Position numbers and translations under genes: made by a program
Notes under the pieces: model-generated
Databases searched by the model: none
Seen by the model: only the letters and a program-made list of their open reading frames with translations
What the model was told of the DNA's origin: nothing
Part shown: in pieces, positions 53,560-62,957 of the stretch
Layout of the letters: the number at the start of each line of letters is the position of its first letter
Numbering within the stretch: position 1 is the first letter of the stretch
From: a virus
Taxonomy: Duplodnaviria > Caudoviricetes
IMG/VR virus record: IMGVR_UViG_3300037247_001786
Coordinates: 64,001 to 128,000 of that record
Length of the DNA: 64,000 bases
Direction: 5' to 3' (one strand)

Positions 53560-54609
53560 ATGTCTAGAGCAATAGCGTGGGATCCTGGAACGATGTTTTT
53601 TCAGATAGCGGAAAAAAATGGAGAGGAAATAGATATAAATATAATTAGAAATGCTTTTGTTGAATTGGAAGCGACAGATGATATTGAGCAAGTGTTGGAG
53701 CAAAATAATTGGCAATATATCTCTGATGGTAAGAAGTTCTATATTATAGGTGAAGATAGTTTAAGGGTTGCGAAGATGTTCCCTGGCAAAGTTGAGCTAA
53801 GAAGACCTATGCAGGATGGAGTTCTTAATAAAGGTGAGGACAAAAAGATGTTAGTTATGACAAAGATGCTGGAAGACGTAATAGGTAAAGCATCAGATAA
53901 TAGTTCAATGGTTTGTTTTTGTGTCTCTTCTGAATCGGTAGATAACAATATTGATAACACATTTCATAAAGCTAGGCTAGAGGGGATGGCTAAAAGATTA
54001 GGATATAATACTAAGGTAATCGAAGAGGGTCACGCGGTAGTTTTAGCGGAACGCCCAGTAATGATAGAGGCAGACGGCACTGAGTCTCCTTATTCTGGTA
54101 TAGGGATTTCTTTTGGAGCCGGAAAAGTTAATTGCGTATTAGCTTATAAGGGGTTGCCAATTATCGGGATGTCAGCTACGAGAAGTGGAGACTATATTGA
54201 TCAAAAAGTATCAGAGCAAACAGATACTCCAATAGCTCAAGTTACCACTATTAAAGAAAAAAGTTTAGATTTCGACAATATAGATTATGATGATGATGTT
54301 ATTTTTGCATTAGATGCGTATTATACAAATATGTTAGAATATGTATTTAAAAACTTTTCAATAAAATTTCAGGAGGTTAAAAGTCAATTCGAGGCTCCTC
54401 TTGATATAGTCATCGCTGGCGGAACATCTATGCCTAAAGGATTTAGGAATAAGGTTCAAAGAGTTATAAATAAATTGGATTTACCATTTCAGATTAAGGA
54501 AGTTAAACTTTCTCAAGATCCTAGAAATGCGGTAGTTAAGGGATGCTTGACTCAAGCAATTATTTCTCAAAAAAAGTTTAAAGCGAAATCAGCAGATACG
54601 ATAATTTAA
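53560..54609 (+). CDS. Actin-like ATPase (ParM/MreB/FtsA superfamily)
   Basis: Phosphate-1 WDPGT, connect-1 IEEGHA, phosphate-2 ISFGAGKV, adenosine IAGGTS and connect-2 PRNAVVKG. Confidence 0.8.
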   Translation: MSRAIAWDPGTMFFQIAEKNGEEIDINIIRNAFVELEATDDIEQVLEQNNWQYISDGKKFYIIGEDSLRVAKMFPGKVELRRPMQDGVLNKGEDKKMLVMTKMLEDVIGKASDNSSMVCFCVSSESVDNNIDNTFHKARLEGMAKRLGYNTKVIEEGHAVVLAERPVMIEADGTESPYSGIGISFGAGKVNCVLAYKGLPIIGMSATRSGDYIDQKVSEQTDTPIAQVTTIKEKSLDFDNIDYDDDVIFALDAYYTNMLEYVFKNFSIKFQEVKSQFEAPLDIVIAGGTSMPKGFRNKVQRVINKLDLPFQIKEVKLSQDPRNAVVKGCLTQAIISQKKFKAKSADTII

Positions 54610-54690
54610 ATAAAGGTTTCCAGAAGAAAAAAAGAGAAGTTATACTGAATAAATAGAAGTGTAACTTCTCTTTTTTAATGGAGGCTCATA

Positions 54691-55416
54691 ATGGGTTATT
54701 GTACTCAAACAGATATAGAAAATGTTATTGCACAGGCATTAACTAGTGCAACCGCTTCAAGCCCAGACTCGTTTGGGACACTATCTTCTCTTATTAATAT
54801 AGGGAATTCTCTTGATAAAAATTTAGTTCCAGATTCGTCAGTAGATTATTATATCCAAATGGCTGATAGGGAGGTAGATGCTTCATTGAGCGAACTTTAC
54901 TCCACTCCATTTTGCGAATTAGCTAATTTTGAAACAGTTCTATTCTCTGATATTTACGAATATAATCCTTATATTGTGACAGAAAGAGCATGTCCGCTCG
55001 CCGTAGGAGACCAGGTTATTATTTTAGGTTCTGGGCAAGAGGAAAGACATGTTATAGATGAGGTTATTAGCTCTATGATTTTTTCTACCGAAGATGAAAT
55101 AGGATTTTCATTTACTGCTGATAGTAGGGTTGTTAGGGTATCTTATCCGGATCCTATTAGATTTATCTCCGCAAGAAAAGCGTCAGCTACCCTATATGAT
55201 AAATATTTTTCTTCAGAAAGTTCTCCTAACGTTTCTAAATTTGGAGAATACTTAAGGCAATTAGCATTTACTGATACTAATAATATTTTAAATGGAACAA
55301 CTATTTTACATGGACAACATAGAATAGGTCGTAGATTTTATAATAGTAATTTGGTTGACCAGTATGGATTACCTCAGGGTGGAGCTATTTCAAAAGATAT
55401 GAGGCAAATAAAATAA
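54691..55416 (+). CDS. Head-tail adaptor/connector-like protein
   Basis: MGYCTQTDIE...IQMADREVDASL..LYSTP, a Mu gp36/HK97 gp6-like pattern with an inserted beta domain. Confidence 0.6.
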   Translation: MGYCTQTDIENVIAQALTSATASSPDSFGTLSSLINIGNSLDKNLVPDSSVDYYIQMADREVDASLSELYSTPFCELANFETVLFSDIYEYNPYIVTERACPLAVGDQVIILGSGQEERHVIDEVISSMIFSTEDEIGFSFTADSRVVRVSYPDPIRFISARKASATLYDKYFSSESSPNVSKFGEYLRQLAFTDTNNILNGTTILHGQHRIGRRFYNSNLVDQYGLPQGGAISKDMRQIK

Positions 55417-55692
55417 ATGAATCAAGATCAAGATGGAATTGAATATTTAGAAGAGTTATCTTCTAAGATAAATAAGTACCAAGGAGTAAGCGAACTAGGA
55501 GAAGAGCTTCAGGTAGGAATACGATTATCGAAGACAAATAAAGGGGCAAGAACAAATGCTAGGATAGAGTCGGCTCAGAAAAAAGAACCGTTTGATGAGA
55601 CAGAAACTATTGAAGAGGAATTGATGGACGTAGAAGATGACATAACGGGTGAATTAATAAATAGAATGCTAACAGATATATTTGGAATATAA
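55417..55692 (+). CDS. Hypothetical neck-region protein
   Basis: Operon position. Confidence 0.5.
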   Translation: MNQDQDGIEYLEELSSKINKYQGVSELGEELQVGIRLSKTNKGARTNARIESAQKKEPFDETETIEEELMDVEDDITGELINRMLTDIFGI

Positions 55693-55695
55693 GAT

Positions 55696-56601
55696 ATGGC
55701 GATGCAAGAAGTTTTAGATAGTGTAAGGCGGATAGTTCATAAATGGGTGAACACTATTACTCCTATAACAGCAAACATTACGCCTGGGGACACTGTTATC
55801 TCTGTTCAGAATGTTAGGCGTTTTCAAATAGGTGATCAGATAATGGTAAAAGGGTCACAAAAGTACGAGACAGGTCTTATTATAGAAGAAACCGATTCCA
55901 CATTACAAACTATAACAGTGACAACTCCTCTTCTTAATAGTTGGGTAGTCTCTCCAAATACCACGATAATAAAAACAATAGGAGAGCAATTTGTTCAAGG
56001 TATATATATAGGAGACCCTGATGTTATTATTAAGTTTCCTGCTATCACTGTAAGTGGGGCTAGCAGGTCTTCAGAATGGCTTACTCTCGAAAGCACAAAA
56101 GAAAGATATGAAATAGAAATAGGAGTTTTTGTTCAAGACTCTACTCATGAAAAAGGATATAGATTTCTTATGGCTTTAGTTGATACAATACAAAAAGGAT
56201 TAAAAAGGAATGTCTTACCAATGATATACGATGCTGAATTTTCTGCTCTTAAAACAAACTATACAAATAATGATCCTAATATAATTGTTAGCGATAGTAG
56301 TATTTTTGAACCATATCAAAGAATATATATAGAAGATCCAACACAATTTGTTGAGACATGGACGGATGTTATTTATAGCGATGGCGAAACTATAAAGTTA
56401 AAATGGCCTCTTGACTTAGCTTTTGATAAAGACGATACCATTATTACTATCCCTCATAGATTTATATTTAATTCTTGGCCTGCAACTATTAATTATGGAA
56501 AAATACACAAAGGGCAATTACTTAAAGCCGCTACTATTAGTTGGTTTGCAGAAGAGGAAGAATCTCAGTTCTTACGAAGAGATGAGGGGAAAATATTTTA
56601 A
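55696..56601 (+). CDS. Putative tail terminator/completion protein
   Basis: FPAITV...RYEIEIGVFV; position before the tube gene. Confidence 0.5.
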   Translation: MAMQEVLDSVRRIVHKWVNTITPITANITPGDTVISVQNVRRFQIGDQIMVKGSQKYETGLIIEETDSTLQTITVTTPLLNSWVVSPNTTIIKTIGEQFVQGIYIGDPDVIIKFPAITVSGASRSSEWLTLESTKERYEIEIGVFVQDSTHEKGYRFLMALVDTIQKGLKRNVLPMIYDAEFSALKTNYTNNDPNIIVSDSSIFEPYQRIYIEDPTQFVETWTDVIYSDGETIKLKWPLDLAFDKDDTIITIPHRFIFNSWPATINYGKIHKGQLLKAATISWFAEEEESQFLRRDEGKIF

Positions 56602-56747
56602 AATAAAAAAGGATTATTCGGTAATAGAAAGAATGATTATTTATCAGCTTATTTAACTGATAAAACAAATAAAAGGAATAATAATATAATGTTAGAATAT
56701 TATTATAAGAACCTGTAATTAGTAAAGATTAATAACGGAGATAAAAT

Positions 56748-57230
56748 ATGGCAGATTTTCAAGAAACATATGTAAAAATAGCGGAAGCTACTGCTGCTTC
56801 AAGAGACGCTCTTAATGATGCTGTAACCCCTTTAGGAGACTCTACTTCTTATGATGGGCTTGGCAGTGATGGAAATGTTAAGGTTATTGTTGATGTACAG
56901 TCTTCAGGAGAAACTGGCGATTTTAATGAAAGTACTATTTCAGAGATTCAATTCGAAATAGACACATTAGTCCCAGCTAATTCTACTTGGACACAAGTAA
57001 GAGATATAGCTACATCTGATTCAGCGTACACAGTACTCGTAACAGCATTAAATAATTATGTAATTAATAATGTTTTAGGCGAGGTAAGTGATTCAGGTAC
57101 AGATAGCGGTAGTTATCAAGCAACCTTACAGCTTTTCATTGAGAACGATTGTGTTTGGAGCGATCCTAGCTTAGGATCTCCAGCATCATGGTTGTCATTA
57201 TCAACATCTGCTGGATTTACAGTACTATAA
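56748..57230 (+). CDS. Hypothetical virion protein
   Basis: GGAG SD; acidic; lies between terminator and tube genes. Confidence 0.5.
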   Translation: MADFQETYVKIAEATAASRDALNDAVTPLGDSTSYDGLGSDGNVKVIVDVQSSGETGDFNESTISEIQFEIDTLVPANSTWTQVRDIATSDSAYTVLVTALNNYVINNVLGEVSDSGTDSGSYQATLQLFIENDCVWSDPSLGSPASWLSLSTSAGFTVL

Positions 57231-57255
57231 TAAGAATTTTTAAGGGAGATAAAAA

Positions 57256-58245
57256 ATGGCTACAAATCCTTTCTTTGACCAGCCACCTGCATATATGGGA
57301 TATGTTGGTTTCGTCAATATTGATGGAAACATCATCAGGGCGACATCGGCTGATATTGCATTAACGCAAGACATTACAAAACCTGACGTTGTAGATGGAC
57401 GTATTGACAGGACAGTCTATCAGCTTGGACCTCAAGAGGTTGGAGGTTCAGTAGCTTTTCCTGCGATATATGACAATGCTGGAGGAGTAACAACGATAGC
57501 AAATATGTGGGAAAAAGTTTGCAAAAGAACAGAGTTAGGCACTTTGTTAAGTTTCCCTATTACTGTTAAGTACGCTCAAACTGGAACATATAATAGTTCA
57601 AGTTTTACTTATGATAATTGCGTAGCAAATAGTCTTCAATTTTCTGTAACTCAGGGAGACGTTATGAATGTAAGTATGGACGTTATAGGGCTAACAAGAA
57701 CGCCTGTATCGATACCAGACCCACCTGGAACTTCTACTTCTACGGATAACAGCAGAATTGTAACATGGGCTGATTCAAGAATAGAGATAAACGCAGGAGA
57801 TCAACGTCCTATTGGATTGGCAGGACAAATCGGAGGTCAATTCATTAGGTCTTTTGAAGTTAATATAAGTAACAACGTAGAAAGATTTTATACTTTGAAT
57901 AAGGCGTTATTTGCTCAAGCGGTAGCTCCTTCCAAGAGAGACGTAACAGGCAATATAGTTGTTCTCGGTAGACTACCAGGTTTATCAGAATTAGCATTTA
58001 CAAATGAAAATTATGCATACGAAGATACAGAGATCCGTTTTGGATTCACTCCTTCTATTGGCAGCTCCGAATTTATTAGAAGAATCCCTAATGTTGTTTT
58101 CCAAATTGAAGAAATGTCAATTACTAACAACTTATTTGAAACTACAATGAATTGGCATTCGCTTCCAGCTGCAAGAATTGCAAGTTCGACAACTACAGCG
58201 ACGACAGATCCTTTATTGGATACAACTTTCACTACTACCTATTAA
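57256..58245 (+). CDS. Tail tube protein
   Basis: Beta-rich (VGGSVAFP, NSLQFSV..GDV.NVSMDVIG, FEVNISNN, RDVTGNI); followed by a terminator and chaperone genes. Confidence 0.7.
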   Translation: MATNPFFDQPPAYMGYVGFVNIDGNIIRATSADIALTQDITKPDVVDGRIDRTVYQLGPQEVGGSVAFPAIYDNAGGVTTIANMWEKVCKRTELGTLLSFPITVKYAQTGTYNSSSFTYDNCVANSLQFSVTQGDVMNVSMDVIGLTRTPVSIPDPPGTSTSTDNSRIVTWADSRIEINAGDQRPIGLAGQIGGQFIRSFEVNISNNVERFYTLNKALFAQAVAPSKRDVTGNIVVLGRLPGLSELAFTNENYAYEDTEIRFGFTPSIGSSEFIRRIPNVVFQIEEMSITNNLFETTMNWHSLPAARIASSTTTATTDPLLDTTFTTTY

Positions 58246-58253
58246 ACACTTTT

Positions 58254-58283
58254 AAAAGGGGCGACAAGTTCGCCCCTTTTTTT
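58254..58283 (+). terminator. Rho-independent terminator after the tube gene
   Basis: AAAAGGGGCGA-CAAGT-TCGCCCCTTTT plus T-run. Confidence 0.85.
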
Positions 58284-58394
58284 CTTTTCCCCCCACACCC
58301 CCCCACTTATCGAAAAAAGTCTTTTTTTTCGATATATATAATGCAGGGAATCTGCATAGATATTAAATCATTATTATTAAAAGGAGGACATACT

Positions 58395-58826
58395 ATGTCT
58401 CTATTTGATGCAAGCTCTATAGAAGTAAAGCTTTATTATATCTTTAGGAAAAAAGATAATTCTACTATTTTAACAGTTTTAAGTGACGAGAAGGCTGAAA
58501 AAATGTTAGCAGATGATGAAAAGAAGAAAGAAGTAGAAGTTTTAATTACTCAATGGTCAGTTATGAGTTGGGATGAGCAAAATGCTTCAGTTAAGTATGC
58601 TTATGATAAAGTCAATGAGATAACAGGTGAAAAAATATTTGATCATGTTGCTTATCGAGATGCCATTATAAAATCCTGTTTAAAAGGTTGGGATATTGAG
58701 ATAAATGGGCAACCGGCACCATTAACACCAGAAAATATTAATAGATTGCCAGGTGAAGTAGTGATGGCTATATACTCGAAGTATGAGCAAACGTTAAGTT
58801 ACACTGAAGCTGAATTAAAAAACTAG
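58395..58826 (+). CDS. Tail assembly chaperone (start moved to 58395)
   Basis: AGGAGG SD; LKGWDI...PLTPENINRLP; ends at the slippery heptamer A AAA AAC. Confidence 0.7.
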   Translation: MSLFDASSIEVKLYYIFRKKDNSTILTVLSDEKAEKMLADDEKKKEVEVLITQWSVMSWDEQNASVKYAYDKVNEITGEKIFDHVAYRDAIIKSCLKGWDIEINGQPAPLTPENINRLPGEVVMAIYSKYEQTLSYTEAELKN

Positions 58827-59029
58827 CCTTGGCGGCTGCTGATTTAGCTACCGGACGACCAATTGGGGTGAAGCCAGTCCCAGAAGAACTCGTTTGGTTC
58901 CTACTTGGCAAAGAATTCCATTGGTCGCCACCACAAATAAAAGCGATGGACAAGAAAGATGTTGATGCTATGATTTATATCTTATCTACATATAATAGAG
59001 TAAAAAATCAAATAGTACAAAAAAAATAA
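58817..59029 (+). CDS. -1 frameshift extension of the tail chaperone (lambda G/GT-like)
   Basis: A AAA AAC at 58817-58823; the -1 frame joins ORF 58829-59029 (FHWSPPQIKAM). Confidence 0.7.
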   Translation, partial: KKLALAAADLATGRPIGVKPVPEELVWFLLGKEFHWSPPQIKAMDKKDVDAMIYILSTYNRVKNQIVQKK

Positions 59030-59544
59030 TGGAGAAAGAAATGAAAAATTTATTTATAACAGAAGATGATATCTTTGAAGTAAAAATATATGTTGCAGAA
59101 GATGAGGAAGGTTTGATATATTGCGACATAACCGAAGAAGGAGTAAATATCCTATTAGAAGATAAAGACCTTTCTATAGAAGAGTATAAAGTGGTCTTCA
59201 GAAAACCTTCTTTTGGAGATTTAAAAACGCTAACCGACATATTAACAGCCCCTAGAGAAACCGAGATGGGAATAACTTATGATATGAATCCAATTGCTAC
59301 TAGAATACAAACAATAAGCTTTTTTATTAAAGATTGGAATTTAGTTGATAGTAAAGGAGAGAAAGTGCCAACTACTGAAGAAAATATCATGAAATTAAAT
59401 CCTATTATAGCGGCAGCTATAGGCATTCAGTTAGATTTTAATTTAAGTAGCAAAGAAGTAGATAGCGTTGAAGAGCCATCTCCACCAGTTCCTCCAACTA
59501 TAGAGGAAATATCAGAGACAGATGTATCTGTAGTAAAAGTGTAG
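59029..59544 (+). CDS. Second tail assembly chaperone-like protein
   Basis: FRKPSFGD...IKDWNLVD..GEKVPTTEENIMKL parallels the first chaperone. Confidence 0.6.
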   Translation: MEKEMKNLFITEDDIFEVKIYVAEDEEGLIYCDITEEGVNILLEDKDLSIEEYKVVFRKPSFGDLKTLTDILTAPRETEMGITYDMNPIATRIQTISFFIKDWNLVDSKGEKVPTTEENIMKLNPIIAAAIGIQLDFNLSSKEVDSVEEPSPPVPPTIEEISETDVSVVKV

Positions 59545-59624
59545 CAAAAGAAGACGAATAAAGGTTTTTTTCGCGAAAAATATAATGTAAATATATCATT
59601 TTCATTTATGGAACATATTAAATC

Positions 59625-62600
59625 ATGGCTGAATCAGAAAACATAGAACAGCTTATTGAACGTACTATAAAAATATATCTTGAATCAGAGGGTTTTGCTG
59701 ATCTAGATAGAGGCGTTAAATCTGTTAAGAGAGAGATAGATGCTCTCCGTAAGTCCGCAAAAAATGCGGGAAACACTATCACTGATTTAAATAAAGAGAT
59801 GCTTGACAGTGTTAAAAAGTATATCTCTCAACAATCAAAACAGTCTAAAGAAGTAACTGGTCTTACTAAAAAATATAAAATGCTTGGACAAGCGGCTAGG
59901 GGAACTAATAGGTACCTTGGAGAAATGGGCATCGGACTTCGGAAGATAGCTGGTTTTTCTAGTTTGGGGAAAATGATAGGGGAAGCAATATCTTTTGAAA
60001 AATCTCTTCTTAAACTTTCTTCGTCTACTAACAGACTAGGGATAGGGATTACCTCTTTAGAAAATAAAATAATTAGCATGTCTATCTCTACAAAATTAAC
60101 TAGAAAAGAGACGGTGGAATTATTTTCTGAATTTAATAAAAATTATAAATTTGTTTCATTTAGAGAATTCGAATCATTGCTTGGTCGAATACAGATGATG
60201 GTTGGGACTAATAAGGAAGCAATACAGGGATATATGTCATCTGTTTCTTCTTTGTCTCAAAAATATGCTGGATTAGCACAACAAATAGCTCTAATAGGTA
60301 AGGGAGGAACTGCTGAGGATGAGAAATTTATAGCATCTAGATTACAGATGTTATATCTTACCAATCAGATTGGGGATAGCGAATATCGAAATATAATAGC
60401 GGTTGTTAGAGGAAATCGTCAATTATCTAAATATGACAGAATTCGACAACAGCAAGCGAAAGATCAGGTTGAAGCTGCTGCTAAGTTTAAATTACATATG
60501 GAAAATGTTGCCATAAGTATAGGGCAAACAATATTACCTCTTTTAGAAAAAATTTCTGACATTCTGGATAACTTAACAAATGGAGGAGAAAATTGGGGTA
60601 AGGCAATGCTATCGGGTATTGCTATTCTGGGGACAGCTAGGCTTGGGGTAGCCGCGTTATCGATGGGAGGCAGAGCTTTAGCCTCTGGTGCTATAGGAGC
60701 AGGTGGAGCCGCGGCAGCAGGAGGAGCTACTGGGATAGGGATAGCAGGGGCTGCTGGAGCATCAATGCTACCAGCCGCTGGAGTATTAGGAGGAGTCGCT
60801 GTTGGAGGAGCTGTTGCTTATGTAGGGGATAGAGCTAGAGGTGAATACGAAGATAGAAGTAGGAAACAAAGCGGTTGGGCGGCGGTAGGTACAGAGACAA
60901 AAGGGCATGCTGCAGGGGCACTGTCGGCAGGAGCTGGAGGAGCACTAATAGGTGCTGCTATCGGAACATTTATTCCCATTCCAGGATTAGGAACAGCTTT
61001 GGGAGCTGCTATAGGTTTTGCTACAGGATCTCTTATTGGGCTAGGTAGGACGATACAAGCGGATGTGGAGTATAATTCTGATAAAGCGAGAAAAGCACGA
61101 GCACGAACAGAACTGGTAAAAAGAAAAGCTGAAGCAGAAATAAATAGGGGAAGAAAGCAGGAAACGTCTGACGCTATGGAGTCAGGTCGGATGAAAGGCA
61201 CATTGGCTAGAACTCCAGGTGACATGATGAGTATTTATACTTCGGCAGCGACAGTAAGAGAGTCTTTTAAAATAGCAGAAGAAAAAGCATATGCTACTTT
61301 AGGAGGAAAAGAGGCTTTCGGGGCAAAAATAAAAACAGCCGGAGAGGGACTTCAAACTGCAAGGCAGGGAGAAGGGTCTATACGTGCAGATATTAAAAAG
61401 GTTAAAGACTCAGAGGAAGGGACTAAAAAAGAGAGAAAAGAAAGAGTAAAATCTTTGCGAGCGATGTTAGCTGTACAGAAAGAAGAGGTCGCACAAAGAG
61501 AAGCTGCTGCCGAGAAACTGAAAGAACAAGAAAATGAGATATTAGAAACTTTGCATAGTCAAAATGTAGAGCTAGTTAAATCAGAAGCTTCTTTTGATGC
61601 TATGAAAGAAAGTATTAGAGAGATGGCGGAGTATGCCAAAGAGCTTCAAGGTTTAAAAGAAGCAAAGTTTGGATTAATGGGAGCAGAAGTTGAAAGAATG
61701 GGGCTAACAGGTAATGTAGATACAGGTAGGCTATCTGATCTTAGAGAGGGCACAGTTGCTACTATACTTAAAGCTGTTAAGGCACAAGAATCTTACCTAA
61801 AAGGTGCTAGGATGATTCAGAAAATTCAAGGGGAAGAAGGGAAGAACGCTGAAAAAATAAGATTAGCCGATTTAGTCAAACGAAATATAATGACAAAAGA
61901 AGAGGCTAGTCAATACGGCGATATAAATTCTAAATTAAAAGATATAGTTATTACTGATAAGGAAATAATTAAAGCAGAATCAATTATTATTCAAAAGAAT
62001 AAAGATTTAAATAGGGTTGTGCTTGAAACAAATAAGGCATTTGATGCTAGGGTTAAATATGCGGGATTATTAGCTTCTCAGGCTGAGTTACAGGTTCAAT
62101 TAGCAGATAGTTATGCAATAAGTTTAGGAGCTTCAGCCGAAACTCGTAAAAGAGCATTCGTAGCAATAGGCGAAACGATTAATGAGTTAGAAAAGAAAAG
62201 GCAAGACATTATAAAACAGCAATCTGAACCTCAATCAGAAGCAATAATGCTATCTTTGAAAACGCAAAGATTAACGTTAGAGAATCAGATAACTCAAGAA
62301 CATATCAAGCAAGCTAATTTAGTAAAGGCATTAAGAGATGGGTGGATAGAGGCTGTTGGTGCTATGAATACTGGAGCTGGAACATTCACTAAGATTATAC
62401 TTGATCAAAATAAAGGAACAGCGGCTGCTTTAAGGCTTGCAGGCGACGCAGCTGTTATCTCTAGCGTTAGCGGTAGCATAAGACCTGGTGCAGGATATCG
62501 AACTTCAGAAAGATTTAGTCCTGTTGGAGCTGGGGGCATTTCAGATATAACCGGGGCAACAGGTAAAAGAGATTTAGCTTATAGGACAACAGCGGACGAA

Positions 62601-62912
62601 CAGCTAGGGTTAGCCGTTGGAGGTATTCAAAGAATGGGTAGGGATAGAGCCATTAGAGATATCACGGCAAGAAATAGAGCTGCTGGATCAGGAAACTTAA
62701 CAGGGGTAGCTTTCGGAGGCAGTAGGCACTATGAAGGGGCAATAGGCGAGGGAATGGCTCTTCAAAATAATGTAGGAACAGTTAATGTAAAAGTTACTTT
62801 AGAAACAGATGAGCAAAAAATAGGTGAACAAATAGGTAGGGCAGTTGCACCAGCAGTTAAGAGAATTGTTCATGAAACTTCTGCTCAAATCATTGACGGG
62901 ATTTCTCCTTAG
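59625..62912 (+). CDS. Tape measure protein
   Basis: 1095 aa helical and Ala/Gly-rich with central glycine-zipper/TM-like segments; follows the chaperones. Confidence 0.75.
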   Translation: MAESENIEQLIERTIKIYLESEGFADLDRGVKSVKREIDALRKSAKNAGNTITDLNKEMLDSVKKYISQQSKQSKEVTGLTKKYKMLGQAARGTNRYLGEMGIGLRKIAGFSSLGKMIGEAISFEKSLLKLSSSTNRLGIGITSLENKIISMSISTKLTRKETVELFSEFNKNYKFVSFREFESLLGRIQMMVGTNKEAIQGYMSSVSSLSQKYAGLAQQIALIGKGGTAEDEKFIASRLQMLYLTNQIGDSEYRNIIAVVRGNRQLSKYDRIRQQQAKDQVEAAAKFKLHMENVAISIGQTILPLLEKISDILDNLTNGGENWGKAMLSGIAILGTARLGVAALSMGGRALASGAIGAGGAAAAGGATGIGIAGAAGASMLPAAGVLGGVAVGGAVAYVGDRARGEYEDRSRKQSGWAAVGTETKGHAAGALSAGAGGALIGAAIGTFIPIPGLGTALGAAIGFATGSLIGLGRTIQADVEYNSDKARKARARTELVKRKAEAEINRGRKQETSDAMESGRMKGTLARTPGDMMSIYTSAATVRESFKIAEEKAYATLGGKEAFGAKIKTAGEGLQTARQGEGSIRADIKKVKDSEEGTKKERKERVKSLRAMLAVQKEEVAQREAAAEKLKEQENEILETLHSQNVELVKSEASFDAMKESIREMAEYAKELQGLKEAKFGLMGAEVERMGLTGNVDTGRLSDLREGTVATILKAVKAQESYLKGARMIQKIQGEEGKNAEKIRLADLVKRNIMTKEEASQYGDINSKLKDIVITDKEIIKAESIIIQKNKDLNRVVLETNKAFDARVKYAGLLASQAELQVQLADSYAISLGASAETRKRAFVAIGETINELEKKRQDIIKQQSEPQSEAIMLSLKTQRLTLENQITQEHIKQANLVKALRDGWIEAVGAMNTGAGTFTKIILDQNKGTAAALRLAGDAAVISSVSGSIRPGAGYRTSERFSPVGAGGISDITGATGKRDLAYRTTADEQLGLAVGGIQRMGRDRAIRDITARNRAAGSGNLTGVAFGGSRHYEGAIGEGMALQNNVGTVNVKVTLETDEQKIGEQIGRAVAPAVKRIVHETSAQIIDGISP

Positions 62913-62957
62913 TGGTTATCATATCTTTTTATAGAAATTTTTATTTTCAGGACGAAT

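Noticed and set aside
58288-58310. C-rich tract as a G-quadruplex on the minus strand
   Set aside because: Only two long G-runs, too few for a convincing intramolecular three-tier quadruplex.
58152-58394. Long N-terminal extension of the tail chaperone in the ORF track
   Set aside because: It runs across the tube stop, a terminator and a C-rich tract; the AGGAGG SD supports the start at 58395.
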